From a virus (Duplodnaviria > Caudoviricetes): a stretch of DNA of 64,000 bases. The DNA is taken from positions 128,001 to 192,000 of the IMG/VR virus record IMGVR_UViG_3300031420_000495, one strand, 5' to 3'. The position numbers and the translations under genes are program-made. Shown one piece after another: positions 36,753 through 45,630 of the stretch (position 1 is the stretch's first letter; each line of letters starts with the position of its first letter). Below the pieces are notes generated by a model. That model was given only the letters and a program-made list of their open reading frames with translations. It was not told the DNA's origin and searched no databases.

Positions 36753-38498
36753 TTATTCGCTCAACTGGGATGAAAACGAAATTGCGAATTCATCTTTCCA
36801 TTCATTGTCTTTCGACGTGAATGACCGTTGCGCGGCCGTGTCCAGAATGTACGTTACTGCGTGGTCTTCTTTCGAACGCACAGAACGTCCAGCACCCTGC
36901 ACAACTTTCTGCAGAGCCATCAAGCCGTAAATGTCCGGATAGCTGTCGAGAATAACCTTGATGCGCTTGTCTCCAAGCGAAGCGAAAGGCATCTTCACAA
37001 CGATCTGATAACGGCTCAGATCACCCGGCAAGTCGACGCCTTCAAATCCCGACGGTGTCAGAAGCACAGCTGGTCCGCCGGTATACGATTTGAATCGCTC
37101 CAACCAATCAGCCAACTTCTCCCCGCGGCAGTGTTCGAACACCTTGTATCCGCCTTTCATCAGGCGGAGTGTTTCAGCAATCGATTCTACCACAGCAAAC
37201 GACGGGCACAAGATAATACCACGATCGCCGAGTTTCGTGTGGTGATCGACGATTTGGTACGTCGTCGCGCACAGCTTCTTGATGGTATCAGGATTCTGCA
37301 TGGTGCTGTAGTTCAACGCCTGCGGCTTGAAGAAGATAACCTTCTTGTTCTCCTTCGGGAACTGCGGAGCCAGACGAATGTGCTTCGTGGTTCCCGGCAA
37401 AGCCATCGTGCGCTTCGCGTACAGCTCGCTGATCGTTGCGGACATCAGCAGGTTGTGGTCGGCATTGTCCAGCGCTTCGAACATTTCTCCAATGAAGATC
37501 GGCTTGACGCTGACTTCATTTTCGTTCTGTCCTTTCTTAGGGTCCTTCGGCTTGTATTCAAACACCGATGGATATTCGAAGAGGAACAGGTCGTCGATCT
37601 TGCAACCGAGACTGTGATACTTCTTGGAAAGTTTCGACAGCTTCAGGAACTTGGCTTGCGAACGAACATTCCGCTCTGCATCTTTCTTTGCTGCTTCCGA
37701 AATCTGCATGTACGTTGCCAACAGAATTCGCAGATACTTTTGATGATTGGCTTCATTGATCCGGCCGTCAATCAAGTGGTCGCGAACGGTCTTCAGGTTT
37801 TTGAAGACGTCTGTGTTTCCGAGTGACAACTCAGCCGACACTTCTTCGGCCATTGTCTTCAATCTTTTCTCTGAGAAATAGATTGCGTTGTGTTCGGTAA
37901 ACAGATCATTCAGCAAGTGCGCTTCGTCGAATACGCAGACGGCACGCTTCGGCATCGGAGCTTGCGAATACATTCGGTCAACGAAGTAGTATGCATAGTT
38001 GGTAATCAACTGACGCGTCTTCGGTTTCATCGACCGTGCATGCTGGAACTCGCAGCCATTGCAGTGAGTCTGGATCATGTCGTCCATGCCAGACTTCTGG
38101 AAAATCCGCAGTGCACAGTGTTCTGCCGACTGCGGTTCTTCAGCTGTCGAAAGAGCGGAACACTCGTAGTTGTTCGCGCCCTTGATGACATTGAAGTTTT
38201 CGGTTGGATTCGATTCGTCAATGAACGAATCGGAATACTGATCCAGCAACGCGTTCGTTGCCGTCAGAATAAAGCTGGCTCCAGGATACTCTGTTGGATA
38301 TTTGATCGTCTGCACGACATCGGCCACGACTGCACCGATGATCGATTTACCAGTTCCGGTCGGAGCGGACAGGACCACGTTGCGATAGCCTTCGTCCAGG
38401 AAAGCCACCAACACTTGGTTGATGTGCTCGACCTGGCTATCACGCGGTTCATATCCGATTCGCTTGTACGACTCAAGGATTTGTTTTTCGTATCGCAT
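36753..38498 (-). CDS. DinG/XPD-like SF2 helicase
   Basis: APTGTGKS, DEAH, LMSAT, EGVDLPGD, IVVKMPF, QGAGRSVRS; several Cys (possible metal cluster). Confidence 0.88.
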   Translation of the reverse strand: MRYEKQILESYKRIGYEPRDSQVEHINQVLVAFLDEGYRNVVLSAPTGTGKSIIGAVVADVVQTIKYPTEYPGASFILTATNALLDQYSDSFIDESNPTENFNVIKGANNYECSALSTAEEPQSAEHCALRIFQKSGMDDMIQTHCNGCEFQHARSMKPKTRQLITNYAYYFVDRMYSQAPMPKRAVCVFDEAHLLNDLFTEHNAIYFSEKRLKTMAEEVSAELSLGNTDVFKNLKTVRDHLIDGRINEANHQKYLRILLATYMQISEAAKKDAERNVRSQAKFLKLSKLSKKYHSLGCKIDDLFLFEYPSVFEYKPKDPKKGQNENEVSVKPIFIGEMFEALDNADHNLLMSATISELYAKRTMALPGTTKHIRLAPQFPKENKKVIFFKPQALNYSTMQNPDTIKKLCATTYQIVDHHTKLGDRGIILCPSFAVVESIAETLRLMKGGYKVFEHCRGEKLADWLERFKSYTGGPAVLLTPSGFEGVDLPGDLSRYQIVVKMPFASLGDKRIKVILDSYPDIYGLMALQKVVQGAGRSVRSKEDHAVTYILDTAAQRSFTSKDNEWKDEFAISFSSQLSE

Positions 38499-38500
38499 TA

Positions 38501-39478
38501 TTATTCGTTATCAGGTACGGCAAACAGCTTGTGCATCGCGTCCTCGTCCTTCATGAACAGGGCCTTGATGAGAGTTTGCCAGTACGGAGTCAGTTCGTTG
38601 AACTCGAAGAAATCAAAGTTGAAATCTTCAGCGAAGTTCGCTTCGCGGAGTTCTTGTTCGACACAGAGGAGATGCTGACGGATTTCATCGTCGAAACGAT
38701 CCATCGGAATCATTGTCAGGTCGAAAGCATTCTCGGCCGCCATGATGTTGTTGGCCATCTCGAAGTGACGGTCATACACGTGCATCGATCCAGCATTGTG
38801 GAAGTAATGGCCGAGTTGCAGTTCCGGATAGGTTTCACGGAGCTGAAGCATCAGGCATTCTTGCAGCATTGTAAACTGGAAGACGTCATTCGTGAAACCG
38901 AGAATGATGTCGTTCGATCGCATGTTGGTAATCATGTGCAGCTTGTCTTCGCGAATGAAGAACTGCAGCGTGAGTGTGCAGGCAACGTCTTTGTTTCCGT
39001 CGTGGCGATCGCTCGGCACGTGGATATTCATGATTGCCTGACGGGAATCTCGATCCTTCTTCAGGAGTTCGATTGTCTCGGCCCACTGGTCGATTGGTTC
39101 ACCAGCTTCGTTTTTCGTGAATGCAGGTAGGCCCGAGAATCCGAAGAGACGCGTTCCATAGTTCGAATTGATTGTACCAGCTTCGTAGTTCTTGTGTGAA
39201 CCAGAATTCGTGATGTTCGCCCAGAACTTCGAGTATGGCAGGATTCCTTCAGGTTTCGATGAAGCGCTCAGGTACCAGATGAATTCGCCCAGCAAATATC
39301 GGGTGTTAACATTCCGTTCTGGGAATGTGATGACACGGTTCCGCGGATCGATCAGCGTGATGTTGTAGTTCAGCAACTCACGGGTTTCAGTGCCACGAGG
39401 TTTCGCAACCATGCCGTGGGTCATCAAATGTGCCAGGCATGTGCGAAAATCGTTATTCAGGTGTCCAGTTTGATCCAT
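38501..39478 (-). CDS. thymidylate-synthase-family enzyme, probable dCMP hydroxymethylase (T4 gp42-like)
   Basis: GEFIWYLS, SRQA, catalytic ACT, MRSNDIILGFTNDVF with Asp at the pyrimidine-specificity position, GSMHVYDRH. Confidence 0.8.
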   Translation of the reverse strand: MDQTGHLNNDFRTCLAHLMTHGMVAKPRGTETRELLNYNITLIDPRNRVITFPERNVNTRYLLGEFIWYLSASSKPEGILPYSKFWANITNSGSHKNYEAGTINSNYGTRLFGFSGLPAFTKNEAGEPIDQWAETIELLKKDRDSRQAIMNIHVPSDRHDGNKDVACTLTLQFFIREDKLHMITNMRSNDIILGFTNDVFQFTMLQECLMLQLRETYPELQLGHYFHNAGSMHVYDRHFEMANNIMAAENAFDLTMIPMDRFDDEIRQHLLCVEQELREANFAEDFNFDFFEFNELTPYWQTLIKALFMKDEDAMHKLFAVPDNE

Positions 39479-39543
39479 GTTGTCTCCGTTGCAATGTATC
39501 TCAAAGGAAACATTGTAACATGTCTACGCTTCTGTTCCAGACA

Positions 39544-39550
39544 ATAAATA
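39544..39550 (+). promoter_or_regulatory. late promoter box ATAAATA
   Basis: Upstream of plus-strand fibre gene. Confidence 0.6.
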
Positions 39551-39577
39551 GAACGTAACGTTTAACCAGGACAACAA

Positions 39578-41497
39578 ATGCTCAAAAATCTTACCGGCGG
39601 AGCCATCATCAATTACGGCTCCACGCTCCCATCAGCAAGCACTTCATTTGACGGTGCCCTGTTCTACAAGACCGGCGCGGACCAAGGTCTTTACGTATTT
39701 GGTTTCATCCAGGACGCAAATCCGGATGCCATCGGCGACCAGTCAGCACAGGGCTGGAGTATTGTTCAATCGCCGGGATTGTACGTAGACATTGCCGGCG
39801 ACACGATGACCGGAGACCTCAGGCTCGCAACCGACGGCTTGACGATCTTCTCCAACAATTTCAGTGCCACAACGTTGACGTCACCAATGACGTTCGCCAC
39901 GAACGATCAATTCAAATGGACTACGTCTGGTGTCAATGCTAAAGATTTGATGCGTCTCACGAACGCATCCGCGCTGACGCTGAATGTCAATTCCAACTGG
40001 GAAACTGTTTGGCATAGTGGAAATGACGGTGTTGGTTCCGGTCTGGATGCCGACAAACTGGACGGTCAGGATTCTACATATTTCCGCAATGCATCAAACA
40101 TCAACACTGGCACACTCGATGTTTCGCGTCTTCCATTTACCCCTGTTCAACAGGGCGGTGGAACAGGCCAACTCTCGAATAAGGTTTACATCGGCTGGGC
40201 AAACGGCGGTCAACTGTACCTGCAGATTGATTCGACAAACTTCGCCAACGTATGGCCGATCAGCATCACCGGTAATGCTGCGACCGCAAATTACGCAACA
40301 TCGACTGGTGCTTCAACCAATTCGACAAATGCGGTTTCATCCCAATACGTTCGTCAAGACGGTTCCGCAAACGGAATCAACATGGCGTTCAATACGTCAT
40401 CTGCTGGCAACGGTATGCCTGCACGTGTTTGGGGTACAAACGATACGACCAACTTCGCGACTTGGAATGCATACAACCCAGCAACGTTTGCAGTCGCAAG
40501 TGCCACGATTGCTTCGAAAGCATCGACTCTTATTCTCGGTGGTGGAACCGGTGCAGGCTCAACATTCAACTGGTCTGGACAATCTGGTCAACCAACATGG
40601 GTATGGGGCGGTAATGACGGAACAAATATGTATGTTTACAATCCGTCGAATTTCTCTGTTGCCAGCGCAGCGAGCCTTGCGAACTTCACGGTCGGTGGTC
40701 GTTCAGGAACTGACTTCAATGCTTATCGTACCAGCGGTATGTACGCGGCAGATGGTTCTCCGGCAAATGCGCCTAATGCGTACGGATCGCTGATTGTAGC
40801 TTCGAACTCTGACGTTGGTTTGCAGATTGGCGGCGGTTATAATTCTGACAACCTCTTCTTCCGCGGATGGTGGAGTTCTGGTGCTAGCTTTGGGCCATGG
40901 CGCACAGTCATTCACAATGGCAATATTGGTTCTCAGTCTGTCAGCTACGCAAACTCTGCAGGTTCGGCAGGAACAGCCGGCACAGCAAATGCGCTGATTG
41001 CAAATCCAACTCTGTCTGGAACTGTAACGGCAGGTCGATACATTGGTGGTGGCGGATCAGCAGCCGCGCCCGCATTTACACTTGCAGAATCCGCAAACGA
41101 TACTGGTCTATATTCTGGTGGCGATGGTTATCTCAACTTTGCAACCAACGGTGGTTATGCTGGTCAGATTCAGCCTGGTGGTCATCTGGTTATGGCTGGC
41201 AACGTTACAGCATATTCCGACGTTCGTTTGAAGGAAAACATCGAACTGATTCCGCAGGCTCTGCAGAAAGTTCAACAGCTGCGCGGTGTTACATTCGATC
41301 GCATCGATACGAAAGAACGCGGTACAGGTGTTATCGCGCAGGAAGTTCAAGAAATTCTACCAGAAGCAGTCGTTGAATCCGAAGGCAAGTTGTCAGTTGC
41401 CTACGGTAACATGGTTGGCTTGCTGATTGAATCGATCAAGGAGCTGAATGCAAAAGTTGAATCTTTGCAAAGCGAAATTGCTGAATTGAAGAAGTAA
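39578..41497 (+). CDS. tail fibre A with C-terminal S74 intramolecular chaperone
   Basis: SGLDADKLDG, GNVTAYSDVRLKENI...LRGVTF...GVIAQEV...VAYGNMVGLLIESIKEL. Confidence 0.9.
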   Translation: MLKNLTGGAIINYGSTLPSASTSFDGALFYKTGADQGLYVFGFIQDANPDAIGDQSAQGWSIVQSPGLYVDIAGDTMTGDLRLATDGLTIFSNNFSATTLTSPMTFATNDQFKWTTSGVNAKDLMRLTNASALTLNVNSNWETVWHSGNDGVGSGLDADKLDGQDSTYFRNASNINTGTLDVSRLPFTPVQQGGGTGQLSNKVYIGWANGGQLYLQIDSTNFANVWPISITGNAATANYATSTGASTNSTNAVSSQYVRQDGSANGINMAFNTSSAGNGMPARVWGTNDTTNFATWNAYNPATFAVASATIASKASTLILGGGTGAGSTFNWSGQSGQPTWVWGGNDGTNMYVYNPSNFSVASAASLANFTVGGRSGTDFNAYRTSGMYAADGSPANAPNAYGSLIVASNSDVGLQIGGGYNSDNLFFRGWWSSGASFGPWRTVIHNGNIGSQSVSYANSAGSAGTAGTANALIANPTLSGTVTAGRYIGGGGSAAAPAFTLAESANDTGLYSGGDGYLNFATNGGYAGQIQPGGHLVMAGNVTAYSDVRLKENIELIPQALQKVQQLRGVTFDRIDTKERGTGVIAQEVQEILPEAVVESEGKLSVAYGNMVGLLIESIKELNAKVESLQSEIAELKK

Positions 41498-41498
41498 A

Positions 41499-41526
41499 GA
41501 AAAAGGGACCTCACGGTCCCTTTTTT
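41499..41526. terminator. intrinsic terminator, identical to 55871-55896
   Basis: gaaaaagggacc-tcac-ggtcccttttt. Confidence 0.85.
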
Positions 41527-41984
41527 CTACGCCATGCGACGTAATGAACTAATGCTGCCGCGATGATCGGGAAGATGCACAAGCCATCCATGTATCCGGC
41601 ACCGCCAACTCCGAAGTAGTATGTGCTTGGACTTGCCAACCCAAGTGGTATCAGCTCCAATGCTTTCGTCATATCGACGCCCCACTCCGTCAAGAAGACA
41701 AGTGTGTATGCGGCGCCCGGCGTGATCTTCAATCCGTAGTACAGATAGAAAATCAGATACAGGAAGAACGCATCGATCATGTGCAGCGAGATGTAGTCAT
41801 CGTCGATGACCCACCACGCCAGTGTATGTGTCGCAAGCACCATGACCATCCAATGCCAGATCAATTCTTCTTGCGGCGGATTCCGTCTGGCTTCGGTGCA
41901 GAACCAGTAGATGACGAACAGCCACGGAACCGTGACCGAGTAGATGGCATACGGTTCGCTCAGATAGTGGAGAATGTTGTTCAT
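41511..41984 (-). CDS. multi-pass membrane protein
   Basis: 4-5 hydrophobic segments; ATGA coupling. Confidence 0.7.
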   Translation of the reverse strand: MNNILHYLSEPYAIYSVTVPWLFVIYWFCTEARRNPPQEELIWHWMVMVLATHTLAWWVIDDDYISLHMIDAFFLYLIFYLYYGLKITPGAAYTLVFLTEWGVDMTKALELIPLGLASPSTYYFGVGGAGYMDGLCIFPIIAAALVHYVAWRRKKGP

Positions 41985-42205
41985 TTCTTTTGCGGCAAAG
42001 CCGGTGCAGGTTGCCAATGGGTTGGATCAGCACCGGACCAAACGGTTGGCACAATCTTTCCCTCGTATTCTTCGAAGTTCAGCTCCGACATCCTCACATG
42101 TGGATAACGGCTATCCATGTCACAGATCAACACAGATTCGCTGAAGTAACGATCGCCCCACGGTTCTGGCAGACGATCTTTCACACTGATCCAGTTATCT
42201 TTCAT
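41981..42205 (-). CDS. DUF551-like protein
   Basis: WISVKDRLPE...PTHWQPAP. Confidence 0.8.
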   Translation of the reverse strand: MKDNWISVKDRLPEPWGDRYFSESVLICDMDSRYPHVRMSELNFEEYEGKIVPTVWSGADPTHWQPAPALPQKK

Positions 42206-42495
42206 TTTGCTGCGGCGATCGCCGATTCGATGGAGGTGTGTGCTTCGAAGAACTTGGCGAGACGTTCGAAACGTTCGCCATGCTTTTCACCCGGCAGTGC
42301 TTTGTTGATGAACTTGAACAGGCTTTCACCGTTGCCGACGCTCTTGGCGCCGATGGGAGCTGCGAGGCTGAACGAGTCCGAATAACGGTTCACGGCCGTT
42401 TTCAGAACGTGGCCACAGAGAAACTTGACGGTCAGCGAGATGCGATCGTGGGTGATCGAAACTTTCGCGGTCGTTTTGGTCAGTGCTTTTGCCAT
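42202..42495 (-). CDS. basic early protein (97 aa)
   Basis: First gene after promoter cassette copy 2. Confidence 0.7.
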   Translation of the reverse strand: MAKALTKTTAKVSITHDRISLTVKFLCGHVLKTAVNRYSDSFSLAAPIGAKSVGNGESLFKFINKALPGEKHGERFERLAKFFEAHTSIESAIAAAK

Positions 42496-42566
42496 TTTGT
42501 TGCTCCGTAGTGTTGTTCGTCGATGAGTTCATTATACATGAAACCCAATACGGAACACAGCACTTT
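42493..42566 (-). repeat. promoter/leader cassette copy 2 (TGTGTT-N17-TATAAT)
   Basis: Near-identical to 29264-29336. Confidence 0.85.
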
Positions 42567-43130
42567 TTACACGCGGACCAACTTTTTACCGGTCTGCCAG
42601 ATGCACGGTCCGATGATGAGCCCACGATCGACGACGCCGGACATGACGATGTCTTCGAATGTGCCGCTGGCAATTTCGAGTTCGAAACCACGCGGATCAA
42701 GAATACGCCACAGCTTGTTGCCGCGATAGCGTGCAACCATGTGCTGGATGCGGAAACCTTCAAGGACTACGTTGTCGATGATGATTGGTTGATACGGAGC
42801 AAGTTCTTCTTTGATAATCAGCTCAAAGCCGTCCTTCACTTTGTAGGCTTCATCGCGGGTCATACCGTCGCGTGGTTCCCAAGTACCGCTGATGATATAG
42901 TACTGGCCATCGATGATCTTGTGACCGCGCCCGCCGTATTCAGCTTGATAAGCCCAGTTGTCCTGGGTCTTCATTTGCTTCTCGAACGCTTTGTTCTTTG
43001 GAAGATATGGAATCGCGAAGCCGAGTGGAGGTGCTTCGGTTTTGGTGTGGGTTCCGTCATCGTGATACTCGATGTCAAACTCTTGTTTGCGAGTGATGCG
43101 GAGTTGTGCTGGAGGTTTTGGAGTGCTCAT
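42567..43130 (-). CDS. conserved-looking phage hypothetical protein
   Basis: MSTPKPP start; WRILDPRGFELEI motif. Confidence 0.7.
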   Translation of the reverse strand: MSTPKPPAQLRITRKQEFDIEYHDDGTHTKTEAPPLGFAIPYLPKNKAFEKQMKTQDNWAYQAEYGGRGHKIIDGQYYIISGTWEPRDGMTRDEAYKVKDGFELIIKEELAPYQPIIIDNVVLEGFRIQHMVARYRGNKLWRILDPRGFELEIASGTFEDIVMSGVVDRGLIIGPCIWQTGKKLVRV

Positions 43131-43261
43131 AAATTTTTCTTGTTCTTTCAAGTTCGTCTAAAGTATGTTGAAACAAATCAACAAAACGTGTATCGGCATC
43201 GTGGGCAAGATTACGCCCACGCTCCGCAATTCTTCTTAAAATTTCAAACTGCTCGTCGAGT

Positions 43262-43552
43262 TCAGAAACGGTCGTCGATCCAGTAATTCCTGAGGAAACT
43301 TTCCCAGTCATCGATGTCACCCAGTTCGTCCATTGACTTTGCAGCCCGGACTTTTGCGACTTCTTCTTCATCGCCAGATGTGTCGTCCATCCAGTCCAGC
43401 ATGTGTTTCTGAACAGCTTTGAAGAAAGCTGTTTTGTTGGTGTAGACTTCGGTCATGCCGTGCCAGTCACCGACGTCCAGCGTTTCATTCCCACCGGCTG
43501 CCATGATGAGCCCGCACTTTACGCTCGAGCCTGCTACTTCGTCTAACTTCAT
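43262..43552 (-). CDS. hypothetical acidic protein (96 aa)
   Basis: Coupled ORF. Confidence 0.65.
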   Translation of the reverse strand: MKLDEVAGSSVKCGLIMAAGGNETLDVGDWHGMTEVYTNKTAFFKAVQKHMLDWMDDTSGDEEEVAKVRAAKSMDELGDIDDWESFLRNYWIDDRF

Positions 43553-43689
43553 TGGGATTCCTTTATGAGGGTTTGGATTTCTTCGATCAGGCCGTCTTCA
43601 CCCTTGTGATGATATTCGTCCCGATGCTCTTTCAAATCGTAAAGAGCGCGCTTGAGCAGGTCAAGCATTTGTTGTTCTTTTTCAGTCAT
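43549..43689 (-). CDS. small protein (46 aa)
   Basis: Hand translation MTEKEQQMLDLLKRALYDLKEHRDEYHHKGEDGLIEEIQTLIKESQ*; ATGA coupling. Confidence 0.6.
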   Translation of the reverse strand: MTEKEQQMLDLLKRALYDLKEHRDEYHHKGEDGLIEEIQTLIKESQ

Positions 43690-44593
43690 CTGTATCTCGA
43701 TATTGTTCCAGCTCTGGTGGAACTTCAATGCCCTGCTCTTTCAAGTCGGCCATTGTGTTTTTGAATATGATGGCTGCGTCTTTCCGTTTCTTGATCCTAT
43801 TTATGATCTGCTCGACGGACATGATGTCCTTCGCTTTCACGCCAGGACCAAACATCAACGCAGCGGCTTTGTTGGGATCGCGGATTGGGTCTGGTCGCGG
43901 ATCGAACTTGTGATCCAACCCCATGCGATCGAGTTCAGCTTGAACTTCTTGAGGTGTTGCTTTGGTGAGAGACTTCGTCCGGCCTTTGCCGTCCTTCCGC
44001 ATCTTGCGGACTTTGAAGAGACGTTCAAGACCAACGTCGGCTTTGAACGAGCGACGAACGCGGATAACCGGTTCGCCATCTTCACCGTCGACTTCGAGGT
44101 CTTTGCCTTCTTCCCACACTTGCTTCATCATGTTGACGAGCAGCAATGAGCGCACAGCACCTTTGTATTTCGAACCCGGTGCAGAGTGAAACGCCCACTT
44201 CGCCCATTCAGTCGATGGGACAAGCATCAAGTCGACTTGGACTTTGTTTCCGCCTTCTACCGGAACCGCAAATGAGAAGACGCCTTTGCCGGCGCGGTGG
44301 ATTTCGTCTGTACCTGTGGCTTTGAGCATGCGTTGAACGATTGCTTCTTCGTTGTATTTCGAAGCGTCAACAGCAATGTCAATATCCCCGCTATCGGTCT
44401 TCTGACCGGCGAGGGTATGTGGTGTGGAACCAAGTAGGTTCGTTTTCAAATCATCAATGGGAATGCCGGCGTGCTTCGCCACGAAGGCGAGCGCCGATTT
44501 GATGTCGTTTGCGTTAGCCCGTGTCGTCCCCATATCCTTGGTGGATTTGCCAGACGACTTACGGGCTTCGCAGAGTAATTCTGCTACTTTCAT
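43682..44593 (-). CDS. Pol-beta superfamily nucleotidyltransferase-like protein
   Basis: LLGS...SGDIDIAVD and VQVDLM give the GS-DxD-D triad. Confidence 0.65.
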   Translation of the reverse strand: MKVAELLCEARKSSGKSTKDMGTTRANANDIKSALAFVAKHAGIPIDDLKTNLLGSTPHTLAGQKTDSGDIDIAVDASKYNEEAIVQRMLKATGTDEIHRAGKGVFSFAVPVEGGNKVQVDLMLVPSTEWAKWAFHSAPGSKYKGAVRSLLLVNMMKQVWEEGKDLEVDGEDGEPVIRVRRSFKADVGLERLFKVRKMRKDGKGRTKSLTKATPQEVQAELDRMGLDHKFDPRPDPIRDPNKAAALMFGPGVKAKDIMSVEQIINRIKKRKDAAIIFKNTMADLKEQGIEVPPELEQYRDTDD

Positions 44594-44820
44594 TGTTCCC
44601 CTAGATGCTCCTCGATTGCGTACCGGACGTTGAACGAATCTTCGTCTGCACAACCATCGTGGCGTTCGAACGCCTTGACCAGATCGAGGATCATCTTCAT
44701 CGCGTTCGGATTCAGATCATCGAGCGGTTCGCCGTCCATGATTTGTTCAAGTTGTTCTTGAACCGACCAGCCAAGTGCGGAATACATCTTGGCCAGCTTC
44801 AGAAATGCTTCGAAATCCAT
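44590..44820 (-). CDS. hypothetical protein (76 aa)
   Basis: MDFEAF start, TAATG coupling. Confidence 0.65.
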   Translation of the reverse strand: MDFEAFLKLAKMYSALGWSVQEQLEQIMDGEPLDDLNPNAMKMILDLVKAFERHDGCADEDSFNVRYAIEEHLGEQ

Positions 44821-45044
44821 TATCCCATTTCCAGTTCGCGAGTGACCAGCTCGCATTCGACTTGAAGGACCAGGTCGTCGATGTCGGCAAAGCCGTCGAC
44901 TTCGTAACCGAGCACGGCAGAACCCGCCATGGCCGTCAGCCGCTGAATGTCGAATCCTTCATAGGTATTGTTGACGATGTTCTGTGCTGCCACTGCTTCG
45001 AGGAAAGCTTGGGCAAAATCTTCCAGTTCTTGCAGGCGGCTCAT
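44820..45044 (-). CDS. hypothetical protein (74 aa)
   Basis: MSRLQELEDF start, ATGA coupling. Confidence 0.65.
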   Translation of the reverse strand: MSRLQELEDFAQAFLEAVAAQNIVNNTYEGFDIQRLTAMAGSAVLGYEVDGFADIDDLVLQVECELVTRELEMG

Positions 45045-45250
45045 GCGGTCGTGATCCCTTGAAATTCGACGTTGTTGTACATCCACAGCAGGACTTCCTG
45101 CGCGTTTTCGATCTGATAGCCACGCTGGGCACATGCGCCCAGACAGTAGTCGAGCGTGGCATTGACCAGCAGCTCTTCGCCATTGTAGATCGAAGCGTAC
45201 ACGATGCCCGGATGACGGACGCTCAATTTTGGTTTGACAGTTACCAGCAT
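45041..45250 (-). CDS. hypothetical protein (69 aa)
   Basis: YNGEELLVNATLDY pattern; coupled. Confidence 0.65.
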   Translation of the reverse strand: MLVTVKPKLSVRHPGIVYASIYNGEELLVNATLDYCLGACAQRGYQIENAQEVLLWMYNNVEFQGITTA

Positions 45251-45252
45251 GA

Positions 45253-45501
45253 TTAAAACCCCAGTCCAAGTTCTTCAGCGATGCGCACGTTCACCCAATC
45301 GATTGGGTCGCCATCCTTTGCGGTGGCGGTGCCGTACGGAATTTCGCCGGTGTTGCAGTAGTGATTAAAAAGAATTTCGTAAACTTCGTCTTCGACTTCG
45401 CAACCGAGTTCCAGCAGAGTCACGGTCTGATTGGCTTGTTCGACGGTCAGGCCGAATTCAGTCACGAGGCGGGTGATGATCTGTGCGGTAGTGTTGGTCA
45501 T
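45253..45501 (-). CDS. hypothetical early protein
   Basis: HYCNTGEIPYGTA..DGDP..WV; first gene after early promoter. Confidence 0.7.
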   Translation of the reverse strand: MTNTTAQIITRLVTEFGLTVEQANQTVTLLELGCEVEDEVYEILFNHYCNTGEIPYGTATAKDGDPIDWVNVRIAEELGLGF

Positions 45502-45532
45502 TTTGTTTGCTCTGTTCGTTTGGTATGGAAGC

Positions 45533-45561
45533 ATTATACCCAGCCATCCGAAAATAGCACA
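45533..45561 (-). promoter_or_regulatory. early-type promoter TGTGCT-N17-TATAAT
   Basis: tgtgct attttcggatggctggg tataat. Confidence 0.7.
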
Positions 45562-45590
45562 GCCTTATTTACGAAAGAGGGGCGCTTCCA

Positions 45591-45597
45591 ATAAATA
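45591..45597 (+). promoter_or_regulatory. late promoter box ATAAATA
   Basis: Upstream of fibre B, divergent from the early promoter. Confidence 0.6.
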
Positions 45598-45630
45598 CTC
45601 ATACGAATTTACCTAACTGGAGCACGCACA

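Noticed and set aside
43131-43261. Possible ncRNA (two hairpins, cgtgggc/gcccacg and tgttga/tcaaca)
   Set aside because: An open helical-looking frame also spans the gap; cannot distinguish a small CDS from an RNA
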